From an uncultured Dehalococcoidales bacterium (GTDB lineage: Bacteria; Chloroflexota; Dehalococcoidia; Dehalococcoidales; JAFGLR01): a DNA stretch of 34,594 nucleotides. This document shows positions 1 through 7,325 of the stretch, one piece after another. The notes beneath the pieces are model-generated. The model saw only the letters and a program-made list of their open reading frames with translations. It was not told the origin of the DNA and made no database searches. Where the stretch lies: positions 11,875 to 46,468 of the forward strand of contig CAZJQF010000003.1 of the NCBI GenBank assembly GCA_964547925.1, given 5' to 3'. Made by a program: the position numbers and the translations under genes. Positions within the stretch are counted from its first letter, which is position 1, and each line of letters opens with the position of its first letter.

Positions 1-923
1 AGCCATTTTTTAGTCGAGCGGATTCTGCGGAAGCCCTCCATAGAACCACGGCAATGGAAATGGTTCCAACAGACTGTGGTATAAACCGGGATCTTGATGT
101 TTTCCCATTTCGGAATTTTATCTTCCCAATATCCGTTTAAGAACGGATATTTATATGTCATCGCGACAACGTCTTCAGTATATCCCATTCCGGCGATGCC
201 GTATGTAATACCTTTACTGAATTCTCCCGGCATACCACCTTCATAAGCCGACTCGCGATAGAAGTCCCCGGTGCCTTCCCAGGGAGCAAGGCAGGCGAGA
301 TGAGGCGGCTGTTCGGCGGCAATACGCCACTGAGTCATAGCGACACCCGAGTTACCGAAGAAGGTTACTTTGCCGTTGCACCAGTGCTGCTGGGCAATCC
401 ATTCTACAAAATCGTAGCCGTCACGGCCGTCCTGGGTACCGAAGAAGTTGGTATCACCTTCGGAATGCCCGATGCCTCGGGGGTCCACGTTAGCGCAGGC
501 GTATCCCTGATGACACCAGTAACCCGGGTCGGCTGATTCGAATTTAGCCATACGGGAAACGGTTCCCGGCGGAACTCCCATCAGCTGCCATTCGGCTTTT
601 ACATCACCGGGACGTTTGCCGAAATAACTCCAGGAAATAATAACCGGAATATTCATTTGCCCGACTGGGCGATAAATATCGGTATAAATAATTTTGCCGT
701 CACGCAGGGTACAAGGCACGTCCTGTTCGCAGATAATACCGGGTTCAGAAATGAAGGTTCTCGGATTAAAAGGCGGGCAGAAGCTGAACATTCCGCCTTC
801 TGTAGACGGTCTTCTCGTTTCAACATATTCGACTTCGAACTCTTGGTCGCCGAATATTTGTTTTTTGGTTATTCTTTTCCGGGGTGGCTCTGTCGGTGCC
901 GGCGGTCTTATTTGATCAACCAC
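1..923 (-). CDS. CocE/NonD family (peptidase S15-like alpha/beta) hydrolase. N-terminal ~307 codons only; the 3' end runs off the window
   Basis: Absent from the ORF track because no stop lies in the window. Manual minus-strand translation from GTG 923-921 (GGAGG at 935-931, 7-nt spacer) is open to position 1. It reads VVDQIRPP...RDGKIIYTDIYRPVGQMNIPVIISWSYFGKR...ANVDPRGIGHSEGD...DGYDFVEWIAQQHWCNGKVTFFGNSGVAMTQW. The DxRGxGxSEG and EW..Q.W.NGKV.FFG.S motifs are typical of CocE/NonD. Confidence 0.8.
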   Translation of the reverse strand, partial: MVDQIRPPAPTEPPRKRITKKQIFGDQEFEVEYVETRRPSTEGGMFSFCPPFNPRTFISEPGIICEQDVPCTLRDGKIIYTDIYRPVGQMNIPVIISWSYFGKRPGDVKAEWQLMGVPPGTVSRMAKFESADPGYWCHQGYACANVDPRGIGHSEGDTNFFGTQDGRDGYDFVEWIAQQHWCNGKVTFFGNSGVAMTQWRIAAEQPPHLACLAPWEGTGDFYRESAYEGGMPGEFSKGITYGIAGMGYTEDVVAMTYKYPFLNGYWEDKIPKWENIKIPVYTTVCWNHFHCRGSMEGFRRIRSTKKW

Positions 924-975
924 TACTTTGCCTCCTATATATCTTTATTATTTATGATTAATATTCCAGTAGAAA

Positions 976-1224
976 TTAGCCGCCGCAAAGCTGGGCTACG
1001 AATTGAGCAGCTTCACCGAGAGTTGGTCTCTTGCGGAAGTCCATGAAGTTAATCTGGACGTCATACGTATCTTCAAGAATAGCGATGATTTGAACAAGAT
1101 TAACCGATTTAGCTTTTAAATCTTCGACGAATTTGGTATTGGCATTTAATGTTGCCGGGTCAACTTTGAATACTTCCGCGGCTCTGGCAATAATTTTCCC
1201 TAAAATTTCCTCTTTAAGTTCCAT
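976..1224 (-). CDS. Acyl carrier protein-like phosphopantetheine-binding protein (82 aa, non-canonical)
   Basis: ACP-sized helical protein with FVEDLKAKSVNLVQIIAILED, equivalent to the DLGxDSLDxVELV phosphopantetheine-attachment motif (Ser40). AGGAG lies 9 nt upstream of the ATG. acpS is two genes upstream. Confidence 0.7.
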   Translation of the reverse strand: MELKEEILGKIIARAAEVFKVDPATLNANTKFVEDLKAKSVNLVQIIAILEDTYDVQINFMDFRKRPTLGEAAQFVAQLCGG

Positions 1225-1293
1225 AATCCAATGCTCCTATTATCTTTAAAATTTTGGACTTTTCAGGTAGCCCATAACCTTAAAAGTGTGTCT

Positions 1294-1323
1294 ATTTTAA
1301 CACCATCAAATTACGATTGTAAA
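1294..1323 (-). promoter_or_regulatory. Candidate sigma70 promoter for the ACP/hydrolase pair (TTTACA-18 nt-TGtTAAAAT)
   Basis: Read on the minus strand: TTTACA (1323-1318), an 18-nt spacer, then an extended -10 TGtTAAAAT ending at 1294. It lies in the 148-nt gap between buk and the ACP gene. Confidence 0.35.
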
Positions 1324-1372
1324 ATATCAGGCGTTATGTAACAGGATTAGTTTAAACTTCCGCCAAAACCAG

Positions 1373-2476
1373 TTATTTTTTAAAACCGCTCCAGATAGGT
1401 ATACCGGTATACACTTTTGCTTTTTCCAGTCCTCTGAGTACCCGAAGAGCCCCGTTGGCCAAAGCTTCCATCTCGAATTCACCGGCATATACTCGAACCG
1501 GGGCAATAAATTTAACCATAGCGGTCACTTTTTCTACTAATTCCGCATCGTTGGCAATGCCGCCCGTAAGAAGAATAGCGTCCACATCACCATGGAGTAC
1601 GGCTGCGTAAGCACCGATATATTTACCGATTTGGTAAATCATCGCATTATAAATTAAAGAGGCGTAAGAATCACCTTTTTTGATGCGTTCTTTAATTTCC
1701 TTAACGTCGGAGGTGCCGAGGTGGTCGACCAGACCGCCGTTTTTAGTTATCCGGTCGTAAATTTGCTTCTCGGTCAACTTACCGGCAAAACTCATTTTGG
1801 AGACGATAGCCGCAGGCAGGAACCCGGCACGGGTTGGTGCCATAGGCCCGTCGCCGTTAATAGCATCGGTGGCATCGACCATACGGCCTTTTCGATGGGC
1901 GGTAATGGTAATACCACCGCCGATATGGGCGACGACGAGGTTTAAGTCTTCGTATTGTTTGCCGACGTCCTGAGCGTATCTGTGCGAGACCTCTTTTTCA
2001 TTCAGAGGGTGGTCTTTAGTATCGCGGATAATATCGGAAAAACCGGTGACTCTGGAAATTTCGTCGAATTCATCCACATCTTCCGGATTGGCGAACGCCT
2101 GACCACCATACTCCGCGGCATAGTCTTTAACCAACTGGCAGCTCAGGTTAATCGGGTGTTTCGCCGTAAAGCCCTTCCGTGAATGTTCCAGGATGATATC
2201 ATTTACAATGTAGGTGCCGCTTTCCATACCGACCATACCGCCGGCCCGGGCAACGAAAGCATCCGTACCATTCAGAGAAATATTGGCTTTTTTCAACTCG
2301 TTATCTATCGTCTCTTTGCGGTATTGTAACTGGTCGATTACTTCTTTGAACTCTTTCAATCTGGCAGCGTCGTGAATGACATTGACGGTGAATACCTGCT
2401 TTTCATTCTCGAAGAGAGTAATCTTGGTTGAAGTGGACCCGGGGTTAATGGCGAATACTTTGTATTTTTTATCCAT
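1373..2476 (-). CDS. buk: Butyrate (short/branched-chain acyl) kinase
   Basis: 367 aa. N-terminus MDKKYKVFAINPGSTSTKITLFE and HIGGGITI/LLTGGIA motifs are characteristic of the butyrate kinase branch of the ASKHA acetate/butyrate kinase family. Length is typical. Confidence 0.9.
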   Translation of the reverse strand: MDKKYKVFAINPGSTSTKITLFENEKQVFTVNVIHDAARLKEFKEVIDQLQYRKETIDNELKKANISLNGTDAFVARAGGMVGMESGTYIVNDIILEHSRKGFTAKHPINLSCQLVKDYAAEYGGQAFANPEDVDEFDEISRVTGFSDIIRDTKDHPLNEKEVSHRYAQDVGKQYEDLNLVVAHIGGGITITAHRKGRMVDATDAINGDGPMAPTRAGFLPAAIVSKMSFAGKLTEKQIYDRITKNGGLVDHLGTSDVKEIKERIKKGDSYASLIYNAMIYQIGKYIGAYAAVLHGDVDAILLTGGIANDAELVEKVTAMVKFIAPVRVYAGEFEMEALANGALRVLRGLEKAKVYTGIPIWSGFKK

Positions 2477-2506
2477 CGGTGCTCCTCCATTAAATATATT
2501 ATTAGA

Positions 2507-2890
2507 TTATTTATCGTTAGAAAGGGCGGCTACCGCGACTGCGTAATCACCGTCGAACGAAAGGCTAAGCAATACTTTCGTGACGCCCCTTTCGGCGGCG
2601 ATCTCGGCAAATCTGCCCGATAATACCGGCATGGGCTCCCCGAATCTTCCTTCGCGGACTTCTATTTCATTGAACTTTACACCATAGTGCCAGCCGATGC
2701 CAAATGTTTTAAATATCGCTTCTTTTGCAGCAAAAGTCATTGCCGTATAGGCTATTTTATCCGGATGTGATTCGGCCCGCTGCTGTTCCCACTCAGTAAA
2801 GACTTTTTTCATAAAGGACTTACCGGAAGTCTCAAGAATATTTTTCATTCTGCTTATCGTTATTATGTCAACACCAACGCCGAGTGTCAT
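2507..2890 (-). CDS. acpS: Holo-[acyl-carrier-protein] synthase (4'-phosphopantetheinyl transferase)
   Basis: 127 aa. Reads GVGVDIITISRM...FAAKEAIFKTFG...IEV...GEP; typical AcpS size and motifs. AAGGAA lies 5 nt upstream of the ATG. Confidence 0.9.
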   Translation of the reverse strand: MTLGVGVDIITISRMKNILETSGKSFMKKVFTEWEQQRAESHPDKIAYTAMTFAAKEAIFKTFGIGWHYGVKFNEIEVREGRFGEPMPVLSGRFAEIAAERGVTKVLLSLSFDGDYAVAVAALSNDK

Positions 2891-2948
2891 ATAAGTTCCT
2901 TATAGTAAAAAAAGAAATCGGTCGAACAACGAAGTGTAATCGGAAAGA

Positions 2949-2957
2949 ATTATATCA
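2949..2957 (-). promoter_or_regulatory. Extended -10 element (TGATATAAT) upstream of acpS-buk
   Basis: The minus strand reads TGATATAAT in the 111-nt queA-acpS spacer. The -35 is weak (GGAGTA). Confidence 0.35.
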
Positions 2958-3001
2958 GAAACCTGACACTTACTCCACTATTTAATATAAGAATCGTGCA
3001 A

Positions 3002-4027
3002 TTACAATATTAAGGTAGCATCGCCGAAACTGTAAAACCGGTATTTTTCTTTGATAGCTTCAGCATACGCCCGGTCGATAAACTCTTTTCCGGCGAAAGC
3101 ACTGACCAGCATTAACAGGGTTGTTTTCGGCAGGTGGAAATTAGTAATCATCGCGTCGGTGACTAAGAATTGACGACCGGGTAGAATGAAAAGGTCGACC
3201 CATCCCGCAAAAGGTGTTAGAGGAAGTTGAATACGGGCTGCATGTTCCACGATTCTGGTGGCGGTAGTTCCCACACAAATAACCCTTCTGCCTTTAGCTT
3301 TTGCCTTTGAAATATTTACCGTGGTCTCGGCACTGATACTACCCAATTCCCGGTGAATAATATGCTGTTCCGGGTCTGCTTCCCTGACCGGCTGGAAAGT
3401 ATCGAGTCCGACGTGCAAAGTAACCGGTGTGAAAATAATTCCCTGGTTTTTTATTTTACCGATTAGTTCTTTGGTGAAGTGTAGACCGGCCGTTGGGGCG
3501 GCCACAGAACCTTCAGTTTTAGCATATACGGTCTGATAACGTTCCCTGTCGGATAACGGGGTGTGAATATAAGGAGGCAGCGGTATTTCCCCTATTTTAT
3601 CGATAAAGTCCTCGCTATCGAATTGAACTGTTCTAATACCTTCGTTTTTAGTATCAATGATTTTAACCGAACCGAAGATTTTATCGTAAGTATCTGTTAT
3701 GTCAACTATAGAGCCTGTTTTGAGGCTTTTCCCGGGTTTTACCATGGCTTCCCAGGTATTTTCTTTAATGCGCTGCAACAGCAGCATTTCGACCCGGCCG
3801 CCGGTTCCCGGTTTCCTGCCCTTCAGCCTGGCCGGGATGACACGGCTTTCGTTGTAAACAAGAACATCTCCCGGTTGTAAATATTCGATAATATCGTAAA
3901 AATACCGATGGGTAATCAATTGAGTGGAGCGATTTAAAACAAGTAATCTCGAATGGTCTCTCGGTTCGATGGGTGTTTGGGCAATATACTCAGGAGGTAA
4001 AACGTAATCGAAGTCAGCGGTCTTGAT
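3002..4027 (-). CDS. queA: S-adenosylmethionine:tRNA ribosyltransferase-isomerase (queuosine biosynthesis)
   Basis: The track ORF (3002-3919) starts at a TTG. The same frame stays open upstream and encodes the conserved QueA N-terminus (I)KTADFDYVLPPEYIAQTPIEPRDHSRLLVL. No ATG/GTG/TTG precedes it, so the start is provisionally placed at ATC 4027-4025. That gives 341 aa, a normal QueA length. The rest of the protein (AAPTAGLHFT, GTTATR, SFGDA) is canonical. Confidence 0.85.
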   Translation of the reverse strand: MKTADFDYVLPPEYIAQTPIEPRDHSRLLVLNRSTQLITHRYFYDIIEYLQPGDVLVYNESRVIPARLKGRKPGTGGRVEMLLLQRIKENTWEAMVKPGKSLKTGSIVDITDTYDKIFGSVKIIDTKNEGIRTVQFDSEDFIDKIGEIPLPPYIHTPLSDRERYQTVYAKTEGSVAAPTAGLHFTKELIGKIKNQGIIFTPVTLHVGLDTFQPVREADPEQHIIHRELGSISAETTVNISKAKAKGRRVICVGTTATRIVEHAARIQLPLTPFAGWVDLFILPGRQFLVTDAMITNFHLPKTTLLMLVSAFAGKEFIDRAYAEAIKEKYRFYSFGDATLIL

Positions 4028-4505
4028 GTTCTTCCTGCCTCTTATCCTGGTCTGCTTCCCACCGATATTTTTTATTCTGGCGTAGCGTATCGAGGCTACA
4101 AATTAAACACAGTCCGTTATGGCAGCATATTGTCCCTCCACATTCAGGGCAGCGCCATTTTCCTGCTTCCTCTTCCAAGAACTTTTCGATACCATTCTCT
4201 TTGATGAATTCAAGGTTTTCTATCATACTCATATGATACTTGGTGTGATAGCGTTTATCGAGGTCTTTTAATCTGTTGCAGGGAAATGTATCGCATTCAT
4301 AACAAAAACGCACAAGCCCTTTTGCCACCAGATCACATTGTCGTGACATGAAAGTACAGTTCTTACCACGCGGCCTGCAGCCAGGACAGTATCTCCTGGA
4401 GAATCCCTTTTTATTAAGGTCGGTTTTCATCGCCAGGTAGCTGACGCATAACCCGCAATTCATCCCGCAAGGGGCAATCAATTCTTTGGTAAATAATCTT
4501 TTCAT
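4014..4505 (-). CDS. Cysteine-rich DUF3795-like protein (163 aa)
   Basis: Reads MKRLFTKELIAPCGMNCGLCVSYL...CPGCRP...CYECDTFPCNRL...CPECGG, a DUF3795-type Cys pattern (family assigned from memory). Start set at ATG 4505 because the longer track ORF (to 4583) runs into the tRNA gene. Confidence 0.6.
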   Translation of the reverse strand: MKRLFTKELIAPCGMNCGLCVSYLAMKTDLNKKGFSRRYCPGCRPRGKNCTFMSRQCDLVAKGLVRFCYECDTFPCNRLKDLDKRYHTKYHMSMIENLEFIKENGIEKFLEEEAGKWRCPECGGTICCHNGLCLICSLDTLRQNKKYRWEADQDKRQEEHQDR

Positions 4506-4538
4506 TATTGAATATGAACGAGGCAGAAAATGGAACGG

Positions 4539-4626
4539 CGGAGAGAGTGGGATTCGAACCCACGGTCGCCGAAATAGCGACACACGCTCTCCAGGCGTGC
4601 CTGTTAGGCCACTCCAGCATCTCTCC
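4539..4626 (-). tRNA. tRNA-Ser (anticodon GGA), 88 nt, long variable arm, CCA not encoded
   Basis: The minus strand reads GGAGAGATGCTGGAGTGG...CACGC-CTGGAGA-GCGTG...long variable stem-loop...GTGGGTTCGAATCCCAC-TCTCTCC-G. It has a 7-bp acceptor stem and a GTTCGAATC T-loop. The anticodon loop is CT-GGA-GA. The discriminator G is followed by CCG. Confidence 0.9.
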
Positions 4627-4632
4627 GTTAGA

Positions 4633-4660
4633 GTTATATTTTAGCTTATTTATTCCTCAA
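4633..4660 (-). promoter_or_regulatory. Candidate promoter for tRNA-Ser (TTGAGG-16 nt-TATAAC)
   Basis: Minus strand: TTGAGG (4660-4655), 16-nt spacer, TATAAC (4638-4633). The -10 ends 6 nt before the mature tRNA 5' end. Confidence 0.4.
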
Positions 4661-4746
4661 ATAACAATGTCGGTCTCAGAATCAGGTATCATAATTAGGA
4701 ATCAAGCTCATTAGTTGCTATAATGAACACCAAAGTAGGGAATAAT

Positions 4747-5493
4747 ATGTCGGAAATAATTTCCGGAAGAAATCCGGTTCTCGAGGCACTTAAAAGCGGA
4801 CGACCGATTAATAAAATACTAATCGGTAAAAATGTATCGCGGCATTCTGTCATCGGGGAAATTATAAATCTGGCAGGAAGACAGAAAATTCCTTTAGAAT
4901 ACGTCGAAAATAGCGTTCTCGAACGGATAGTACCCTCAGGCAACCAGGGATTGGTAGCTTACACTTCTGCGAAAGAATATGTAGACATCGAAGAGTTATA
5001 TCGTATTTCAAATAGTAAGAAAGAATTGCCTTTTTATATCATATTAGACGGTATCGAAGACCCGCATAATTTCGGGGCTATTTTAAGGAGTGCGGACGCG
5101 GCCGGGGTGCATGGTGTCATTATAAGAGAGCGGCGGGAAGTCGGGTTAACCGACGCCGTTGCCCGGTCATCTGCCGGGGCCATCGAATATGTTCCGGTGG
5201 CGAGAGTTACCAACATCGCCCAGACTATCGAAGAATTAAAAAAGAAAAATATCTGGGTCATCGGGGTCGATATGGGCACCGAGAATAATTACCGGCAGAC
5301 GGATTTTCAAATTCCGGTAGCACTGGTAATCGGCGGCGAAGGCAGCGGACTATCTCCCCTGGTCAAAAAACGCTGTGATTTGGTTGTGTCTATTCCGATG
5401 AAGGGAAAAATTTCATCGCTTAATGCTTCCGTGGCAGCCGCACTGGCGATTTATGAGGTTTTTTACCAGAGAAATAGCCGGACTACTAAGTAA
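4747..5493 (+). CDS. rlmB: 23S rRNA (guanosine-2'-O)-methyltransferase, SpoU/TrmH family
   Basis: Reads MSEIISGRNPVLEALKSGRPINKILI...ILDGIEDPHNFGAILRSADAAGV...LVIGGEGSGL...IPMKGKISSLNASVAAA; canonical RlmB/TrmH motifs. The track ORF starts at 4723, but that ATG overlaps a TATAAT (4716-4721). RlmB proteins normally begin at the MSE..G.N.V.EAL position. Confidence 0.85.
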   Translation: MSEIISGRNPVLEALKSGRPINKILIGKNVSRHSVIGEIINLAGRQKIPLEYVENSVLERIVPSGNQGLVAYTSAKEYVDIEELYRISNSKKELPFYIILDGIEDPHNFGAILRSADAAGVHGVIIRERREVGLTDAVARSSAGAIEYVPVARVTNIAQTIEELKKKNIWVIGVDMGTENNYRQTDFQIPVALVIGGEGSGLSPLVKKRCDLVVSIPMKGKISSLNASVAAALAIYEVFYQRNSRTTK

Positions 5494-5549
5494 TTTGGTT
5501 ACATTCGGCTATTGACGTTACCCGGAAAAGCGTGTAAAACTATAACATT

Positions 5550-6326
5550 ATGCAAATATTCTGGTATTTTTTCTTTGTCATACTGGGAATATTAATCGCC
5601 AGCTTTCTTAATGTATGTGCCGACCGGTTGCCTGCCGATAAATCTATCGTCAGGCCGCCTTCCCATTGCGATTCGTGTAACCGGCGCTTATCGGCAAGAG
5701 ACCTGATTCCCGTATTCAGTTATTTATTTGCCCGGGGTAGATGCAGGTTTTGCGGGGCTCGCATTTCCATTCGCGTTCTGCTGGTTGAAATATTTACAGG
5801 AGCGTTATTCGGATTACTTTTCTGGCGTTTCGGATTAAGCCCGGCTTTTGGTTTCGGAGTTTTATACAGTTGTATTTTTATTTTAATTTTCGTTATCGAT
5901 TTTGAACACGGCTTAATACTGAATAAAATCGTATACCCTTCTCTCGTCATAGCGTTGGTAATCAATTTGGTCGTAAGCATTGTATATAAAGCATGGCCGG
6001 TAACGTTTAACGGGCTAATCGGTGGAGCCGGAGGATTCGTATTATTTTTCCTGATAGTATTGATTTCCCGCGGAGGGATGGGGTTTGGTGACGTTAAGAT
6101 GGCTGCTTTAATAGGACTCGCATTGGGATGGCAGCTCGGATTAGTGGCGATATTAATCGGCATTATTATCGGAGGGCTGGCCGCCATCGTATTATTAATA
6201 TTAAGGTTGAAAGGGCGTAAACAAGCGATCCCCTTCGGCCCATTTTTATCGGTTGGCGCGATAGCAGCTTTATTGTACGGCAATGAAATCTGGCAATGGT
6301 ATTCCCGACTGATAGGTATAGGATAA
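5550..6326 (+). CDS. pilD: Type IV prepilin peptidase (A24 family)
   Basis: 258 aa polytopic membrane protein. It has the N-terminal zinc-ribbon pair CDSC...CRFC and the catalytic-type GFGDVK motif. Confidence 0.85.
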   Translation: MQIFWYFFFVILGILIASFLNVCADRLPADKSIVRPPSHCDSCNRRLSARDLIPVFSYLFARGRCRFCGARISIRVLLVEIFTGALFGLLFWRFGLSPAFGFGVLYSCIFILIFVIDFEHGLILNKIVYPSLVIALVINLVVSIVYKAWPVTFNGLIGGAGGFVLFFLIVLISRGGMGFGDVKMAALIGLALGWQLGLVAILIGIIIGGLAAIVLLILRLKGRKQAIPFGPFLSVGAIAALLYGNEIWQWYSRLIGIG

Positions 6327-6397
6327 ATCGGCGCTGGTTAAAGGTTACTAATATTAACAAAAATTGTGTATTTTGGGGCATCTTTACACTCGGGGAC

Positions 6398-6426
6398 TTG
6401 ACAAAATTCAAATTATGTATTATAAA
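6398..6426 (+). promoter_or_regulatory. Near-consensus sigma70 promoter (TTGACA-17 nt-TATAAA)
   Basis: TTGACA at 6398-6403, an exact 17-nt spacer, TATAAA at 6421-6426. Confidence 0.6.
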
Positions 6427-6532
6427 GGAATCCTAAAGCTGTAATAAGCATAATTATTACATAAAAAAATATAGGAAGCTGTGAACCGTTACCTGTATAT
6501 GGTCACTTGGGTAGCGGGGAGCGAATAGTGAA

Positions 6533-6559
6533 ACCGACCGGTAAACGGTCGGTTTTTTT
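6533..6559 (+). terminator. Intrinsic terminator hairpin with U-tract
   Basis: ACCGACCG (6533-6540), loop GTAAA, CGGTCGGT (6546-6553), then a T-run to 6559. It is preceded by AAA, so the element is symmetric. It ends 6 nt before the ATG at 6566. Confidence 0.65.
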
Positions 6560-6565
6560 GTTGTT

Positions 6566-6862
6566 ATGAGAGTAGAACGTAGAAGAAGCAGTATTGAAAT
6601 CATCGCTGACATTTTGCGGTTAGGCGAAGCAGGCAAAACCGAAATAATGTACAGCGCGAATATGAGTTTCTTCCAGTTGCAGAAATATCTCAATTTCCTA
6701 TTGCAATTAGAACTTATCGATAAAGTTCATGTCGGCAATCCGGTGGTTACATACCGGGTTACTAAAAAAGGTTTACGGTTATTACAGAGTATTGACAGCA
6801 TATTACAAATACTGGAACTTAAAGAAGGCGAAGATCTTGGCCTGTTAGGAAAGTTACAGTAG
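6566..6862 (+). CDS. Small winged-helix DNA-binding protein (98 aa)
   Basis: Reads RRSSIEIIADILRLGEAGKTEIMYSANMSFFQLQKYLNFLLQLELIDK...YRVTKKGLRLL. This is the helix-turn-helix-wing layout of small archaeal/bacterial wHTH regulators (HTH_45-like; family recalled, not searched). Confidence 0.6.
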   Translation: MRVERRRSSIEIIADILRLGEAGKTEIMYSANMSFFQLQKYLNFLLQLELIDKVHVGNPVVTYRVTKKGLRLLQSIDSILQILELKEGEDLGLLGKLQ

Positions 6863-6892
6863 TTACTTCATTACTTGGAAGGAGAATACTTG

Positions 6893-7249
6893 ATGGCTGA
6901 GAAAAGAATGGTGATTGTTCCTGCAGAGCTGGTCAGGAAAATCGATGAGAACCGCGGCGATATGAGCCAGGCCGAATTTATCGAGTTTCTCATCGACAGC
7001 CGGTTAAAGGAAGAGCCCAAAGAAAAGAAAGAAACAACGGCTTACGCTACCAAAGAAGAGTTGCGTTCTTTCGAACAGGACATGAAAAAGCTGCTCAAAG
7101 GGTTTCTGGACTTCTTCGTCGCTTACGGTCTGGAACTGGGTAAAACGGCTATCAGTCCGGAATTTGAGGAATTAACCAGCAAACTGCAGGGTCTGGAAAA
7201 AGATTTGGGACCGGACGAAGGTAAAAGAGCCACCATCAAGTGGAAGTAA
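6893..7249 (+). CDS. Ribbon-helix-helix (CopG/Arc/MetJ-like) protein with a charged helical C-terminal extension (118 aa)
   Basis: MAEKRMVIVPAELVRKIDENRGDMSQAEFIEFLIDS fits a beta-strand/helix/helix RHH pattern. GGAAGGAG lies 8 nt upstream of ATG 6893, so the track's TTG start at 6875 sits inside the SD and is unlikely. Confidence 0.55.
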   Translation: MAEKRMVIVPAELVRKIDENRGDMSQAEFIEFLIDSRLKEEPKEKKETTAYATKEELRSFEQDMKKLLKGFLDFFVAYGLELGKTAISPEFEELTSKLQGLEKDLGPDEGKRATIKWK

Positions 7250-7274
7250 GTAAACTTTTTAAAGAAGTTTATGT

Positions 7275-7307
7275 AAGTCCCCCGAAAACCGGGGGACTTA
7301 TTTTTTT
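7275..7307 (+). terminator. Strong intrinsic terminator
   Basis: 10-bp GC-rich stem AAGTCCCCCG (7275-7284) / CGGGGGACTT (7290-7299), loop AAAAC, followed by A+TTTTTTT (to 7307). Confidence 0.85.
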
Positions 7308-7325
7308 GCCTCGCCCCAGCCTCAA

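Noticed and set aside
300-1046. Plus-strand ORFs of 78, 129 and 73 aa at the left end of the window
   Set aside because: They lie antisense to a continuous minus-strand frame with clear CocE/NonD hydrolase motifs (and, for 657-1046, also the ACP gene 3' end). Their sequences are low-information and have no SD.
976-1224. C-terminal Gly-Gly (…QLCGG) of the ACP-like protein considered as a ThiS/MoaD-like substrate for the ThiF-type enzyme at 9643
   Set aside because: The protein has an ACP-type helical sequence with a phosphopantetheine Ser motif, not a beta-grasp pattern. It is 8 kb away on the other strand in a different operon, so the GG ending is probably coincidental.
4414-4714. The N-terminal 26 codons of track ORF 4014-4583, plus ORFs 4414-4620 (-) and 4508-4714 (+)
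   Set aside because: All overlap the well-formed tRNA-Ser gene (4539-4626). The DUF3795-like protein has a natural Met (4505) just before its CGMNCGLC motif.
5720-6283. 187-aa minus-strand ORF
   Set aside because: It lies antisense to the prepilin peptidase gene. Its Pro/Asn/Ile-rich low-complexity translation is typical of the reverse frame of a hydrophobic membrane protein.
6457-6693. 78-aa minus-strand ORF spanning the promoter/terminator region and the start of the wHTH gene
   Set aside because: It has no SD, overlaps the better-supported wHTH gene and the terminator hairpin, and its composition looks non-coding.
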